The notes under the pieces were generated by a model that searched no databases, was not told where the DNA came from, and saw only the letters and a list, made by a program, of their open reading frames with translations. A stretch of DNA of 36,995 nucleotides from Promethearchaeota archaeon (GTDB taxonomy: Archaea > Asgardarchaeota > Hermodarchaeia > Hermodarchaeales > Hermodarchaeaceae): positions 1 to 36,995 of the forward strand of contig JBHLMG010000023.1 in assembly GCA_048938385.1 (NCBI GenBank), in the 5' to 3' direction. This document shows, piece after piece, positions 9,974-19,407 of the stretch. The translations under genes were made by a program, and so were the position numbers. Position 1 is the first letter of the stretch; the number at the start of each line of letters is the position of its first letter.

Positions 9974-10492
9974 TCACTGTTTGACAAAAAAGATCAGCTG
10001 TGAAACTGCGTTTACCATTCGACTCCACGATTCTTCGAGTTCATCCTGCGGTAAAGTAGAACCGCCAGCAGCATATCGTGTGAAGATGATTTCAGCGCTG
10101 TGATAGAGCGTATGCAAAGTGGTGTGAGCTACCACCCAACCTAGACTTGGTTTTGACTTGTTCGTAGGTGGTTGAAACACAAGGTCTTCGTCAGGACATT
10201 CTTTTAGTTCCCGAAGGATTCGTTCCTGAACATCAATCAACAAATCCTTTGCGATACCGAGAGGAACCTGTTTTGCATACACGATGACCTTACGCCCTGT
10301 AGCGGCAAGCCAATAAAGTTCCGAGTTGGCGATATGCGTCAGATAATAGACAATTGTGCGTGATTCAGGCGCAATCTCCTGAGACGCCTGTTCTGCCGTT
10401 AAATCAGTTAAAATATAGTTAAGATGATTATGGGCTGCCCGATATGCTGCTGCAAGACCGACGCGCAAGTCCTTTGGTGGGTTAACCTTCAT
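9974..10492 (-). CDS. DinB/YfiT-like four-helix-bundle protein
   Basis: HIANSELYW and HTTLHTLYH His pattern; ATG 10492. Confidence 0.75.
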   Translation of the reverse strand: MKVNPPKDLRVGLAAAYRAAHNHLNYILTDLTAEQASQEIAPESRTIVYYLTHIANSELYWLAATGRKVIVYAKQVPLGIAKDLLIDVQERILRELKECPDEDLVFQPPTNKSKPSLGWVVAHTTLHTLYHSAEIIFTRYAAGGSTLPQDELEESWSRMVNAVSQLIFFVKQ

Positions 10493-10648
10493 AAAATACA
10501 ACGGGTCTGTACCTCAACTAAAGTTTTTGCTTCTGCTAACACAATCAATGAACAGCCCTAAACCATCTTTAAGGATGCATCTTCCCAAAATTCTATAAGC
10601 GGCAGATGGGGAGGGCTTCTAGAGGTTCAAAGTTTGGTACCTGATGAG

Positions 10649-13192
10649 ATGGCTGGGAAACGCTTAGAACTTCCCTTCACAGCGATAGTTAATCATGAAG
10701 AATTAAAACTAGCCCTGCTACTCAACGCTATTAATCCCAAAATTGGTGGGCTTCTCATCACCGGGCCAAAGGGAACCGGCAAAACAACTATAGTTCGGTC
10801 TCTGGCAGCTTTACTTCCAGAAATTCCAGTGGTCAAAGCTTGCCAATTTCGCTGTGCTCCTGATGATGCTACAGGTGTTTGTGCCGCGTGCAAAGCACGA
10901 TTGAATAACAAAGAGACCCTAAAAACTGAACTCCAAAAAATGCGCGTCATCAATCTCCCACTGAGCGCGACTGAAGACCGAGTGGTTGGCAGCCTTGATG
11001 TTGAACAAGCCATTCGTGAGGGCGTCGCTGCCTTAAAACCAGGTATTTTGGCAAGTGCCAACCAAAACATCCTCTATGTTGATGAAGTGAATCTCCTTCC
11101 TGATCACATCGTGGATTCCCTCTTGGATGCTGCTGCAACCGGGGTGAATGTGATTGAACGAGAAGGAATCTCTGTTAGCCATCCAGCACGGTTCATATTT
11201 ATCGGTTCTATGAACCCTGAAGAAGGGGAACTCCGTCCTCAATTGCTTGACCGATTTCCCCTCCATGTCGCTATCCAACGGCCTTTCTCCGATGAAGAAC
11301 GAGTTGAAATTATCCGGTTAAACCTGGCTTTTGAGCGTGACCCTAAGGGGACATTATCCGAATGGGCAACGCAAGAAGACAAACTACGCCAGGACATTGA
11401 TGCCGCAAGAAAACGAATGAAGGACGTGTATATTCCCGAATCGGTCATGCAGGTTATTGCCCATTTAACTTCACGCTTACAAGTTGATGGTGCTCGACCT
11501 GACATCGTGATTGCTAAAACCGCCTTGGCCTTCGCTGCCTTTGATGGACGCACCGAAGTCACAGTTGAAGATGTCGAAGTGGTGGCTTCATTGGCTCTTA
11601 GCCATCGAACTCGCCAACGCGGGATTCTAGAACCGCCTACCAGCCAAGAGGTAAGCGATGTAATGAAAGAAGCCCGAAAAAAAGCAAAAACTCAAGATCC
11701 AAGAGGCAAGGATAGGGATCCTCATACCAAAGAAGACCACCAGAAACTGACAAGTAAATTCAAGAAATTCCACGCCCTCGATGCTAGTCAAGACGGTGAT
11801 CGCTTTTCAGGTACTCCCCCTAAGAAGAAAGTCGGTGGTCGATTGTCGTACACAGGATTTGTGTGCTTTTACATAGTAATGGCTGCGGCAATAGGCCTCC
11901 TCCTCCCAGTGGTTTTTCCCGTTAACTTCATCATAGGGGGGTTCTTCGCTGCAGGTTTGGTGTTACTCTTCGAACGCATTCTCCGCTCTCACCGTCGACC
12001 GGGAATGGTCATGCCTTCACTATCCGAAGGTGATAGTCCGCCGACTCCAAGAGGAAGGTTTCGTCGCGCAAAACATAAAGGCGAAGCTGCTGGTGCACCG
12101 GCAGCCAGTGCCACTGCTCCTAAAACTGTGAAAATCACTCGTCAAGAGGAACCCCGCTCACGCAAGCCTCTTCTTTCTCCTTCGCTAGTTCGGTTAGATC
12201 AAGGTAAACCTTTGTTTCAACTTGAGGATTTACTCCAACCCCGATACTTTGGCCGGCAGCGCGCACCTAAATGGTCGATTCGTCAGGTCGGACGGCGTGC
12301 GGGCTCAGGTCAAAGTCGCAAGGTAGATAACGGTGTCCTCCTCGGTGCTAGCCTTCCTCATGGTTCACCTCGCAACATTCACCTACCCGCAACTATCACG
12401 GCAGCAGCACTCCATAATGAAACCTCGACGCAGGTTCCCCGACTTCGTATTCAACCTTCAGATGTCTGGGAAAAACGTTTCCAGAGCTGGACTCCTCTTA
12501 CGATAATATTTGTTATAGATCTCAGTATTTCGATGGTCAAGAACTTCGACAAACTACAACTCTCTTTACTCGCATTCAAAAACTGTCTAGAAGGCACGCG
12601 TGACCGAGTTGGTCTCATAGCATTGAAAGATTGGGGCGCTGTGGAGGTACAAGCGCCCACAACGAACTGGACTCGCCTGGTCGCGAAACTCATGACGCTT
12701 CGACTTTCAGGATATACACCCCTAGCTGCGGGACTAAGACGCGCTCATGATACGATAAAGCGAGAACGCCGTCGAAATCCTGGAACGCTACCACTGATAG
12801 TGGTGTTCAGCGATTATCTTCCTAACATCCAGTTGCAGGGCTCTGAAACCCCGGATATCGGACTGCCAGAAGCAATTGCAGATGTTCTCCATCAATGCCA
12901 CCTCTTAAGAAAAGATCGCATTCCACTCGTAACTATCAACCTCCACCACGAGTTCTTTCGAATCAAAAACAAGCGTCATCATGAGGTGATATTAGATTGG
13001 GTGCGAAAGCGCTCTCATGAACTTAACATAACTAATTTCCTTGAAGTTGGAATCCGGGAGGATAAACTCATTCCTTTTCTTGCTTTCTATATGGCCTATA
13101 TCACCTCAGGGCGCACATACCTTGGTGATGAACTGTCAACACCACCAGTAATAATTAGTGAAATTCACCGAATCGCTCAAGGAAGAAACTGA
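10649..13192 (+). CDS. ChlI/ChlD-like (chelatase-type) AAA+ ATPase with internal TM hairpin and C-terminal vWA domain
   Basis: [44 protein letters not shown] and [16 protein letters not shown]; vWA MIDAS DLSIS, GYTPL, FSD. Confidence 0.9.
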   Translation: MAGKRLELPFTAIVNHEELKLALLLNAINPKIGGLLITGPKGTGKTTIVRSLAALLPEIPVVKACQFRCAPDDATGVCAACKARLNNKETLKTELQKMRVINLPLSATEDRVVGSLDVEQAIREGVAALKPGILASANQNILYVDEVNLLPDHIVDSLLDAAATGVNVIEREGISVSHPARFIFIGSMNPEEGELRPQLLDRFPLHVAIQRPFSDEERVEIIRLNLAFERDPKGTLSEWATQEDKLRQDIDAARKRMKDVYIPESVMQVIAHLTSRLQVDGARPDIVIAKTALAFAAFDGRTEVTVEDVEVVASLALSHRTRQRGILEPPTSQEVSDVMKEARKKAKTQDPRGKDRDPHTKEDHQKLTSKFKKFHALDASQDGDRFSGTPPKKKVGGRLSYTGFVCFYIVMAAAIGLLLPVVFPVNFIIGGFFAAGLVLLFERILRSHRRPGMVMPSLSEGDSPPTPRGRFRRAKHKGEAAGAPAASATAPKTVKITRQEEPRSRKPLLSPSLVRLDQGKPLFQLEDLLQPRYFGRQRAPKWSIRQVGRRAGSGQSRKVDNGVLLGASLPHGSPRNIHLPATITAAALHNETSTQVPRLRIQPSDVWEKRFQSWTPLTIIFVIDLSISMVKNFDKLQLSLLAFKNCLEGTRDRVGLIALKDWGAVEVQAPTTNWTRLVAKLMTLRLSGYTPLAAGLRRAHDTIKRERRRNPGTLPLIVVFSDYLPNIQLQGSETPDIGLPEAIADVLHQCHLLRKDRIPLVTINLHHEFFRIKNKRHHEVILDWVRKRSHELNITNFLEVGIREDKLIPFLAFYMAYITSGRTYLGDELSTPPVIISEIHRIAQGRN

Positions 13193-13315
13193 GGACTAGC
13201 AATACTTCTTTCTTTAACGCAAAATTCTCAGTATCATTGATAAGTTTGGACGCACCTCAGAAAATTTATCACTAATAGCGCCCTTCTATGACTTAACAGT
13301 AATCGGTGGGTCAGA

Positions 13316-13987
13316 ATGGCACAACTGTATAGTCTTTATGTCGTGTACCGCGATGGTCGAACCCTGCTTCAACGAGATTTCCAGATTGAGAACATGGAAC
13401 CTGATCTAGTCACAGGGTTTCTCTCAGCAGTAAGCATGTTTCTTTCAGATCTAGTGGGACGAATATGTGATGAAGGTCAACAGATCCGATCGTTAGAGCG
13501 TGAAGATGGGCGGCTTCGAATTATTGACCGTGAAGATGTAAAGATACTGTTAGAATATGGTAAAAACATCTATGTGGCCGTCTTTTCTACCGACGATCTT
13601 AAAGCAACCCGGGAGCGAATGAGACGCCTAATTGCCATTATTGAACGAGAACACGGCGAAAAGCTGGAGGACTGGATTGGTGATCTAGCACCTTTCCGGA
13701 ACATTATCCCCATGATTGATACAATCTTTCGTCCTTTTGCAGTTACTGAACGCTATGTTCCATCACGCGTTCACACCGTTTCTGAAGAAGCCATAGCAGA
13801 AGAGTTTCATTCACTATTAGAGAAGGTTGATGGCTACAACTCCATTGAGGACCTGGCAGCTTCTCTCCAAACACCACTCCTTCAAGTAATACTCGACATA
13901 CAGAACCTGCAAGAACAGGGGGCTGTTACGCTCAAGCGTAGGGTGAGTATTGAACAACTAGTATCGTACAACCCACCAACTCGATAA
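13316..13987 (+). CDS. Longin-like domain plus NPRL2-type winged-helix protein (Asgard-type eukaryotic signature protein)
   Basis: LYVVYRDGRTLL..F...DLVTGFLSAVSMF longin-like start; C-terminal VDGYNSIEDLA...IQNLQEQGAVTL winged helix. Confidence 0.7.
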   Translation: MAQLYSLYVVYRDGRTLLQRDFQIENMEPDLVTGFLSAVSMFLSDLVGRICDEGQQIRSLEREDGRLRIIDREDVKILLEYGKNIYVAVFSTDDLKATRERMRRLIAIIEREHGEKLEDWIGDLAPFRNIIPMIDTIFRPFAVTERYVPSRVHTVSEEAIAEEFHSLLEKVDGYNSIEDLAASLQTPLLQVILDIQNLQEQGAVTLKRRVSIEQLVSYNPPTR

Positions 13988-13989
13988 AT

Positions 13990-14895
13990 TTATTCTTCTT
14001 CGCCTTGATCCTTTTCTTGTTGAATTTTGTGTATGATTTTCTCCATTTCTTTCAGGCTAGAATGAATCATTTTCTTGAGGGAGTGGAGTTCCTCTTCGAT
14101 TGCGTCTAGCTGATTACGAAGCTCCTCAATGGTTACGCTAGATGGCTCCACATCATCCCTTAATTGTGGAGTACTGAGAAGCACGATTTCTTGATCGGTA
14201 GGAATCTTAGCTAGCCATCGAAAGGTCTGGATGATGAAGGTGGAATGATCTCTAATTTCAATATAATCGTTGAAGAATGGAGTTGTACCCCCTAGCGCTA
14301 CCACTCGCCCGTTTTTTACCTCCTGAGCCACTGCAACGATAGGATTACCAGGGTAACTGGAAGCTCGTAATATCTGATGGGCCTTGTTCCCTGACATTAT
14401 GCTAGTTGCTCCCAGGAATAATACACAGCGAATTCCGGTAACGATAGGGTGCATAGCCGAAGGTATCGTAGTTATCATATCATCAGGTGATTTCTCCTCA
14501 CCATTACTTCGAGTCATTGTCGCTCTTATCGCCATGTCAGAAAATTCTAGCGCGAATGGCTTCATAACGGCGTTTAAGTTAGTATTTCGAGCTGCGTCTC
14601 CACCTTTTCCAAAAATTGTTGCGCCACTTAAAACCAGTAAACCTCCACCTGACTCTACATAAGCTGTTAATGTAGACACCTCTGGTTTTGAAAAGGTTGA
14701 ATCTAGGGGGTTCCCTAGCACAACGATTTGATATGGCGTCAAATCCTCCTTATTCAATGGTAGCGATGTCGAACTAACAACAATTCCATTGGCATCCAAT
14801 AGTAAGCGAAGCCGAGACAGCTCTGGTTCTTTTAATGTAACTTCTTCATTATGGCTAGTAATAAAAAGAACATTAACCGGTGTTGAGGGTGACAT
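13990..14895 (-). CDS. GIFT (GldG/IFT52)/DUF4350-like domain protein with C-terminal coiled coil
   Basis: IVVLGNP...FS..EV..L..YVESGGGLLVL, NLNAVM..F, HPIVTGI and GRVVALG patterns; heptad-rich tail; no signal peptide. Confidence 0.7.
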   Translation of the reverse strand: MSPSTPVNVLFITSHNEEVTLKEPELSRLRLLLDANGIVVSSTSLPLNKEDLTPYQIVVLGNPLDSTFSKPEVSTLTAYVESGGGLLVLSGATIFGKGGDAARNTNLNAVMKPFALEFSDMAIRATMTRSNGEEKSPDDMITTIPSAMHPIVTGIRCVLFLGATSIMSGNKAHQILRASSYPGNPIVAVAQEVKNGRVVALGGTTPFFNDYIEIRDHSTFIIQTFRWLAKIPTDQEIVLLSTPQLRDDVEPSSVTIEELRNQLDAIEEELHSLKKMIHSSLKEMEKIIHKIQQEKDQGEEE

Positions 14896-14993
14896 AGACT
14901 CTTGACCTCATTTCTCATTGCAGGCGCCGGAGTTAAATATACTACTCGAGTGGTCTATACTAGGTCCTCGAATAATATACGAAACCAAGGAGT

Positions 14994-17153
14994 GTGTCAA
15001 GAGTGACGGCATTATCAGTGCGAGTGATTGAAGCTAGCGCAGTAGATGTCGGGCGGTTTACTGTGCGCTTGGACCCAGAAATTCTCGATCAACTACAACT
15101 CGCGGATGGTTCTGTGGTTGAAATTCTGGGTAAAAAAAGCATCTGTGCCTTTGCCTACCGGGACGATAGTGCATCAAATCTAAAGGTCATCCGAATGGAT
15201 GGGTTAACTCGGTTAAACGCCGGCGTCAAAATTGGCGATATCGTAACTTTGCACAAAGCTGAAGTCACGCCAGCACGAACTGTTGTATTGACTCCACTCA
15301 AAGGCGAAGAAACTAGTTATCGGGAAGAATTTGCAGTATCCCTTCTGAAAACCAACCTGCTAGAAAAACCGATCAAAAAAGACATCGTGATTGCTGTAGG
15401 TCGCGCAGCGTTTGCTCTTGGCGAAGCAAAATTCTATGTTGCCAAAACTATTCCCTCTGGCAATGTGATGATCAATACTAATACTGAACTTCAACTTCTA
15501 AAAGAAGCACCGGAGGATATCCCGACCGTAACAACGGCAACTTACGATGATGTGGGCGGCTTAGACGAGGCTATTCGGCGTATTCGCGAAATTATCGAAC
15601 TACCTATTCGACACCCCGAACTCTTCGCTCGATTGAAAATCGAACCACCGCACGGCCTCCTCCTCCATGGTCCCCCAGGATGCGGTAAAACTCTATTAGC
15701 TCGCACAGTTGCCACAGAAAGCGAAGCGTATTTTCGAGCAATTAACGGTCCTGAGATAGTCAGTCAGTACTATGGGGAATCAGAAAGATTTCTGCGCGAT
15801 GCGTTCAAAGAAGCCGAAGATCACAAACCCGCTATCGTCTTCATAGATGAAATAGATGCTATCGCTTCTCGACGAGAAACGGGTGGAATGGAGAGCCGTA
15901 TAGTCGCTCAACTCTTGACCTTGATGGATGGTTTACAAGATCGCGATCAAGTCTATGTCCTGGCTGCCACTAACCGGTTAGAAGCACTTGATCCTGCACT
16001 GCGGCGTCCAGGACGGTTTGATCGAGAAATCCATATTCCCGTTCCGGATACGCGTGGACGGTATGAAATATTACGAGTGCATACACGGGGAGTACCCCTT
16101 GATTCTTCAGTTGATTTGGAACATATAGCACAGGCTAGCCACGGCTTTGTAGGTTCTGATCTCGCATTTTTAGTCAAAGAGGCCGCTCTAAGCGCTTTAC
16201 GCCGTGCGCTACCACAGATCGAAGAACGACAAATGCAAGTTCCTCCAGAAGTGATCAACCAAATTACGGTAACAGCGGATGACTTTCGATTAGCCCGACA
16301 AGTAGTTGAACCTTCTGCACTCCGAGAAATCGCTATCGAAATCCCCCAAATCCATTGGAACGATGTCGGTGGAATGGAAGCAGCAAAACAAGCACTCCGA
16401 GAAGCTGTAGAACTGCCCATCAGTCGTCCTGATATCTTTGCTCGCTTCAATATCGATCCTCCTAAGGGAGTACTCCTATTTGGACCACCAGGAACAGGTA
16501 AAACCCTCTTGGCCAAAGCTGTTGCAACAGAGAGCCAAGCAAATTTCATATCAGTGCGTGGCGCAGAGGTAATGAGCAAATGGGTTGGTGAATCAGAGAA
16601 AATCATAGCAGAACTGTTTCGTCGAGCGCGCCAAGCAGCACCTGCAGTACTCTTTATTGATGAACTGGATAATCTAGCTCCAAGACGGGGTTCAGGATTT
16701 GACAGTAGAGTAAGTGAACGGGTTGTGAATCAGTTGCTTGTCGAAATGGATGGGATTGAAGAACTGCAAGGAGTAGTTATACTTGCTGCAACTAACCGCC
16801 CTGACATCATCGATCCCGCACTGCTTCGCCCTGGTCGGTTTGATATTTTCATTTACACACCTGCTCCTGATGCTAAAGCTCGACGCGCTATCTTTGCGGT
16901 CCATACACATGGAATGCCCCTAGCCAATGATGTCGATCTAGAACGCCTTGCAGCCACTACAGAAGGTTTTACGGGTGCTGACATCGTTAATGTGTGTCGT
17001 AAAGCAGTCTTAGCTACTGTTCGGACTAACCTTGAAGCACAGAAAGTAAGTTTAGCACACTTTCATGAGGCTATTTCCTCAACCCCTCCCAGTATCACTT
17101 CTGAGGTAGAGCAGCAATTCAGTAAAATAGCTGCCCGTCTATTAAGGAAATAA
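14994..17153 (+). CDS. cdc48: CDC48/p97/VAT family double-ring AAA+ ATPase
   Basis: N-domain IRMDG.TR.NAGV; D1 GPPGCGKT, FIDEID, YYGE, RRPGRFD; D2 GPPGTGKT, FIDELD, WVGE, LRPGRFD. Confidence 0.96.
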   Translation: MSRVTALSVRVIEASAVDVGRFTVRLDPEILDQLQLADGSVVEILGKKSICAFAYRDDSASNLKVIRMDGLTRLNAGVKIGDIVTLHKAEVTPARTVVLTPLKGEETSYREEFAVSLLKTNLLEKPIKKDIVIAVGRAAFALGEAKFYVAKTIPSGNVMINTNTELQLLKEAPEDIPTVTTATYDDVGGLDEAIRRIREIIELPIRHPELFARLKIEPPHGLLLHGPPGCGKTLLARTVATESEAYFRAINGPEIVSQYYGESERFLRDAFKEAEDHKPAIVFIDEIDAIASRRETGGMESRIVAQLLTLMDGLQDRDQVYVLAATNRLEALDPALRRPGRFDREIHIPVPDTRGRYEILRVHTRGVPLDSSVDLEHIAQASHGFVGSDLAFLVKEAALSALRRALPQIEERQMQVPPEVINQITVTADDFRLARQVVEPSALREIAIEIPQIHWNDVGGMEAAKQALREAVELPISRPDIFARFNIDPPKGVLLFGPPGTGKTLLAKAVATESQANFISVRGAEVMSKWVGESEKIIAELFRRARQAAPAVLFIDELDNLAPRRGSGFDSRVSERVVNQLLVEMDGIEELQGVVILAATNRPDIIDPALLRPGRFDIFIYTPAPDAKARRAIFAVHTHGMPLANDVDLERLAATTEGFTGADIVNVCRKAVLATVRTNLEAQKVSLAHFHEAISSTPPSITSEVEQQFSKIAARLLRK

Positions 17154-17197
17154 TCTAACAAAGCCAATGTGTAAAACTCGAAGGATGGGATATCTCA

Positions 17198-18046
17198 TTG
17201 ACCTGGGAATTAGAACCAACTGCAAAACTTAAACTCGTTAAAAGTATATTACCAAAAGAAAATGAAACCCTACTCCTCGTCGCTAGATCAAAAGCTGTTA
17301 CTGGAGTCCGAGCTGGCTCAGAACCCATCACTGTTCGAGGACAGGATGGTTACTTCATCCTTACCAGCTATCGTGTAACCTATCTTGCGGAGATTGAAGG
17401 TCTTCCACCTGAAGAACAACCAGCGGGTCAACTCATTAAAGGAAAAACCTTGGTCCGTGTTTTTATGAATCTTCCATTAGTCTTTCTTCCACAACTCCGA
17501 GAACGACCCGACAGTTACACTCAATGGAAAAAACACATGAACCTGGTCATCGAAAAGCCTGATGGCGTCCAAGAAATTGTCTACATTAAAGCAACTGGTG
17601 ACCTACTTGATTTCCAACGGACAAGTCATGATTTTTTCAAACAGTGCTTTACTGGCCCCATAAACTTTGAAGCGCTCAAAGAAACGGGCGTTAAACACAC
17701 CGAAACAACCGAATCCTACATCTATGACCTAATAGGAAAACGAATTAGCCAACAGATGATGGCAGTTCCAGAGAGTTTACTCGACAGTTATCGGAAAAAA
17801 GCCCGAACTACCTTCAACGCCTTCATCAGATTCCTCGGTAAAAAGGGGCAAGGTGGCTTTTATGACCCTGTTGCCCGAACCTTAGTAATTCGGGGTACTC
17901 ATGTACACATTACATTGGATTGGATCGCAACATCCAACAACCCCTCACTGACGCGCACAATTCAACAATACATTGAAGAGTGGAGGTCTGAAGTAGAAGT
18001 CAAGAGTGAAAAACTAGGAGACCGTTATGAGATAACGGGATTCTAA
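17198..18046 (+). CDS. Hypothetical protein with N-terminal PH-fold (GRAM/GLUE/bacterial PH-like) domain
   Basis: NETLLLVAR...GYFILTSYRVTYL matches the G-x-phi-phi-LT-x-x-R-phi pattern of PH-like folds. Gene is clear, fold is inferred. Confidence 0.55.
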   Translation: MTWELEPTAKLKLVKSILPKENETLLLVARSKAVTGVRAGSEPITVRGQDGYFILTSYRVTYLAEIEGLPPEEQPAGQLIKGKTLVRVFMNLPLVFLPQLRERPDSYTQWKKHMNLVIEKPDGVQEIVYIKATGDLLDFQRTSHDFFKQCFTGPINFEALKETGVKHTETTESYIYDLIGKRISQQMMAVPESLLDSYRKKARTTFNAFIRFLGKKGQGGFYDPVARTLVIRGTHVHITLDWIATSNNPSLTRTIQQYIEEWRSEVEVKSEKLGDRYEITGF

Positions 18047-18108
18047 ACTTTTCACCAGAAGCTATTTGAGGTAAGACGCATTCGCGGATATGCAAAGGAG
18101 GTATTAGC

Positions 18109-19359
18109 GTGGCAAAAACAATCTGCCTTTTGGCCCCAGATCCTTATCTTGGTTCTCAGCCCAGTATCCCTATTGGTGATGTAGGGGGACAAACCTATTG
18201 GACGCAAATGATTCAGGCTCCACACAAAGACAAAGGAGCTCAGGCTATTCGGGCATTTCGTCGTCTAACACGACTCGCAGCTTTTGGAGGCTTTTCAACA
18301 GGAAAGACCCTGAAACGAAAACTACCTTCCGGAACCGAAGTTACTGAATCCGATGCCCGTCTCCCGCAGTTTATCTACCATCCTCCTGATATGGAACGCG
18401 ACATGGAGCAGATCGAAATCATTGAAAAAGACGCCAAAATTTATGTTCCGCCAGACTGGATTTGCTGTGCGTATGGTGAAGAATTCAACGATGGTGATCG
18501 AGAATTCAAAGTATACGAAATCTGGGAACCTGGCGAAACCCCCTATACAATCGAAACTATGTCCTCTCCACTCATCAAGACTGGTTGGCGCGGACAGGGT
18601 TTCAAAGCTAATGTCGTATTCATCTATACTGGGCGAGTTCATGTTTATGCAAACACAGGTGTCACCCAAACCGCGGATCTAGCGAGACTAACCTGGACTG
18701 GCAAATCCTGGCGCCGTGAAGAATATGATATTCCTGTTTCAAATGCAGAAGGAAAAACGAGTTATAAACGATCAGTTCGACTACAAGAACCCTATGGGCT
18801 CTTGTTTGCCTTCGTCGTAGATGATCCTCGCAAACTCTTAATCACTCTTCAAGACCAACGCATCCCCATGAACTCTCAAGAGCTAATTGAATACTTGAAA
18901 ACTCTAATTGATAATGTCATGCGGGATCAATTTTCCAATCACGATTTTATGAGTGCCCTACGAGACGAAGCTAATATCCGCGATGAAGTTCGCCAAGTAG
19001 TAGCTAAAGCATTTAACCGACTTGGCTTAAACTTGGTCTCGCTTTCGGCTGGTGTCTTATCCATAGAAGAAAAACTTTGGGACCGATTCTTCTATTGGCG
19101 CGTCGCAGGAGTTCATCCTGCTCAAGTGCTTTGGGCTGAAAAATCCGTTGAAATTGCGGAAAAAACTGGACAAGCTCCCACTCTTCCCGCTACAATTCCT
19201 ACGGGTCCACTTGCGGAAGCTGAACAAGCACTACGTGAGCGAGCAACAACTAAAACATCCCGTTCTGAACGCGTCAAGACTGCTGTGAAAGAAAAGGCTA
19301 AAGGCGGATTAGAAAAAAAGTCTGCTGAACCCTCATCAAAGGATATAGATGAGGATTAA
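18109..19359 (+). CDS. SPFH/Band-7 domain protein of the soluble YdjI (Band_7_1) type
   Basis: FIY..P, WEPG..YTIET..P, FKANVVFI, F.VDDPRKLL, L..LI...MRD.F and F..LGLNLVSL patterns; GGAGGT SD. Confidence 0.7.
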   Translation: MAKTICLLAPDPYLGSQPSIPIGDVGGQTYWTQMIQAPHKDKGAQAIRAFRRLTRLAAFGGFSTGKTLKRKLPSGTEVTESDARLPQFIYHPPDMERDMEQIEIIEKDAKIYVPPDWICCAYGEEFNDGDREFKVYEIWEPGETPYTIETMSSPLIKTGWRGQGFKANVVFIYTGRVHVYANTGVTQTADLARLTWTGKSWRREEYDIPVSNAEGKTSYKRSVRLQEPYGLLFAFVVDDPRKLLITLQDQRIPMNSQELIEYLKTLIDNVMRDQFSNHDFMSALRDEANIRDEVRQVVAKAFNRLGLNLVSLSAGVLSIEEKLWDRFFYWRVAGVHPAQVLWAEKSVEIAEKTGQAPTLPATIPTGPLAEAEQALRERATTKTSRSERVKTAVKEKAKGGLEKKSAEPSSKDIDED

Positions 19360-19407
19360 TTCCCCTGGTCATTCCTAACGAAGAGAAAAGGTGAGGCGTA
19401 AAAGGAA

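Noticed and set aside
9395-10492. Macrodomain/DinB as a defence or toxin-antitoxin pair
   Set aside because: Convergent genes, no ADP-ribosyltransferase nearby; ordinary stand-alone MacroD.
10649-13192. Evidence for chlorophyll synthesis (Mg-chelatase)
   Set aside because: ChlI/ChlD-like ATPases are widespread in non-phototrophic archaea; no chlH/cobN or pigment genes nearby.
15953-16606. 217-aa antisense ORF inside cdc48, and similar shadow ORFs elsewhere
   Set aside because: Fully overlap well-conserved genes and have no motifs.
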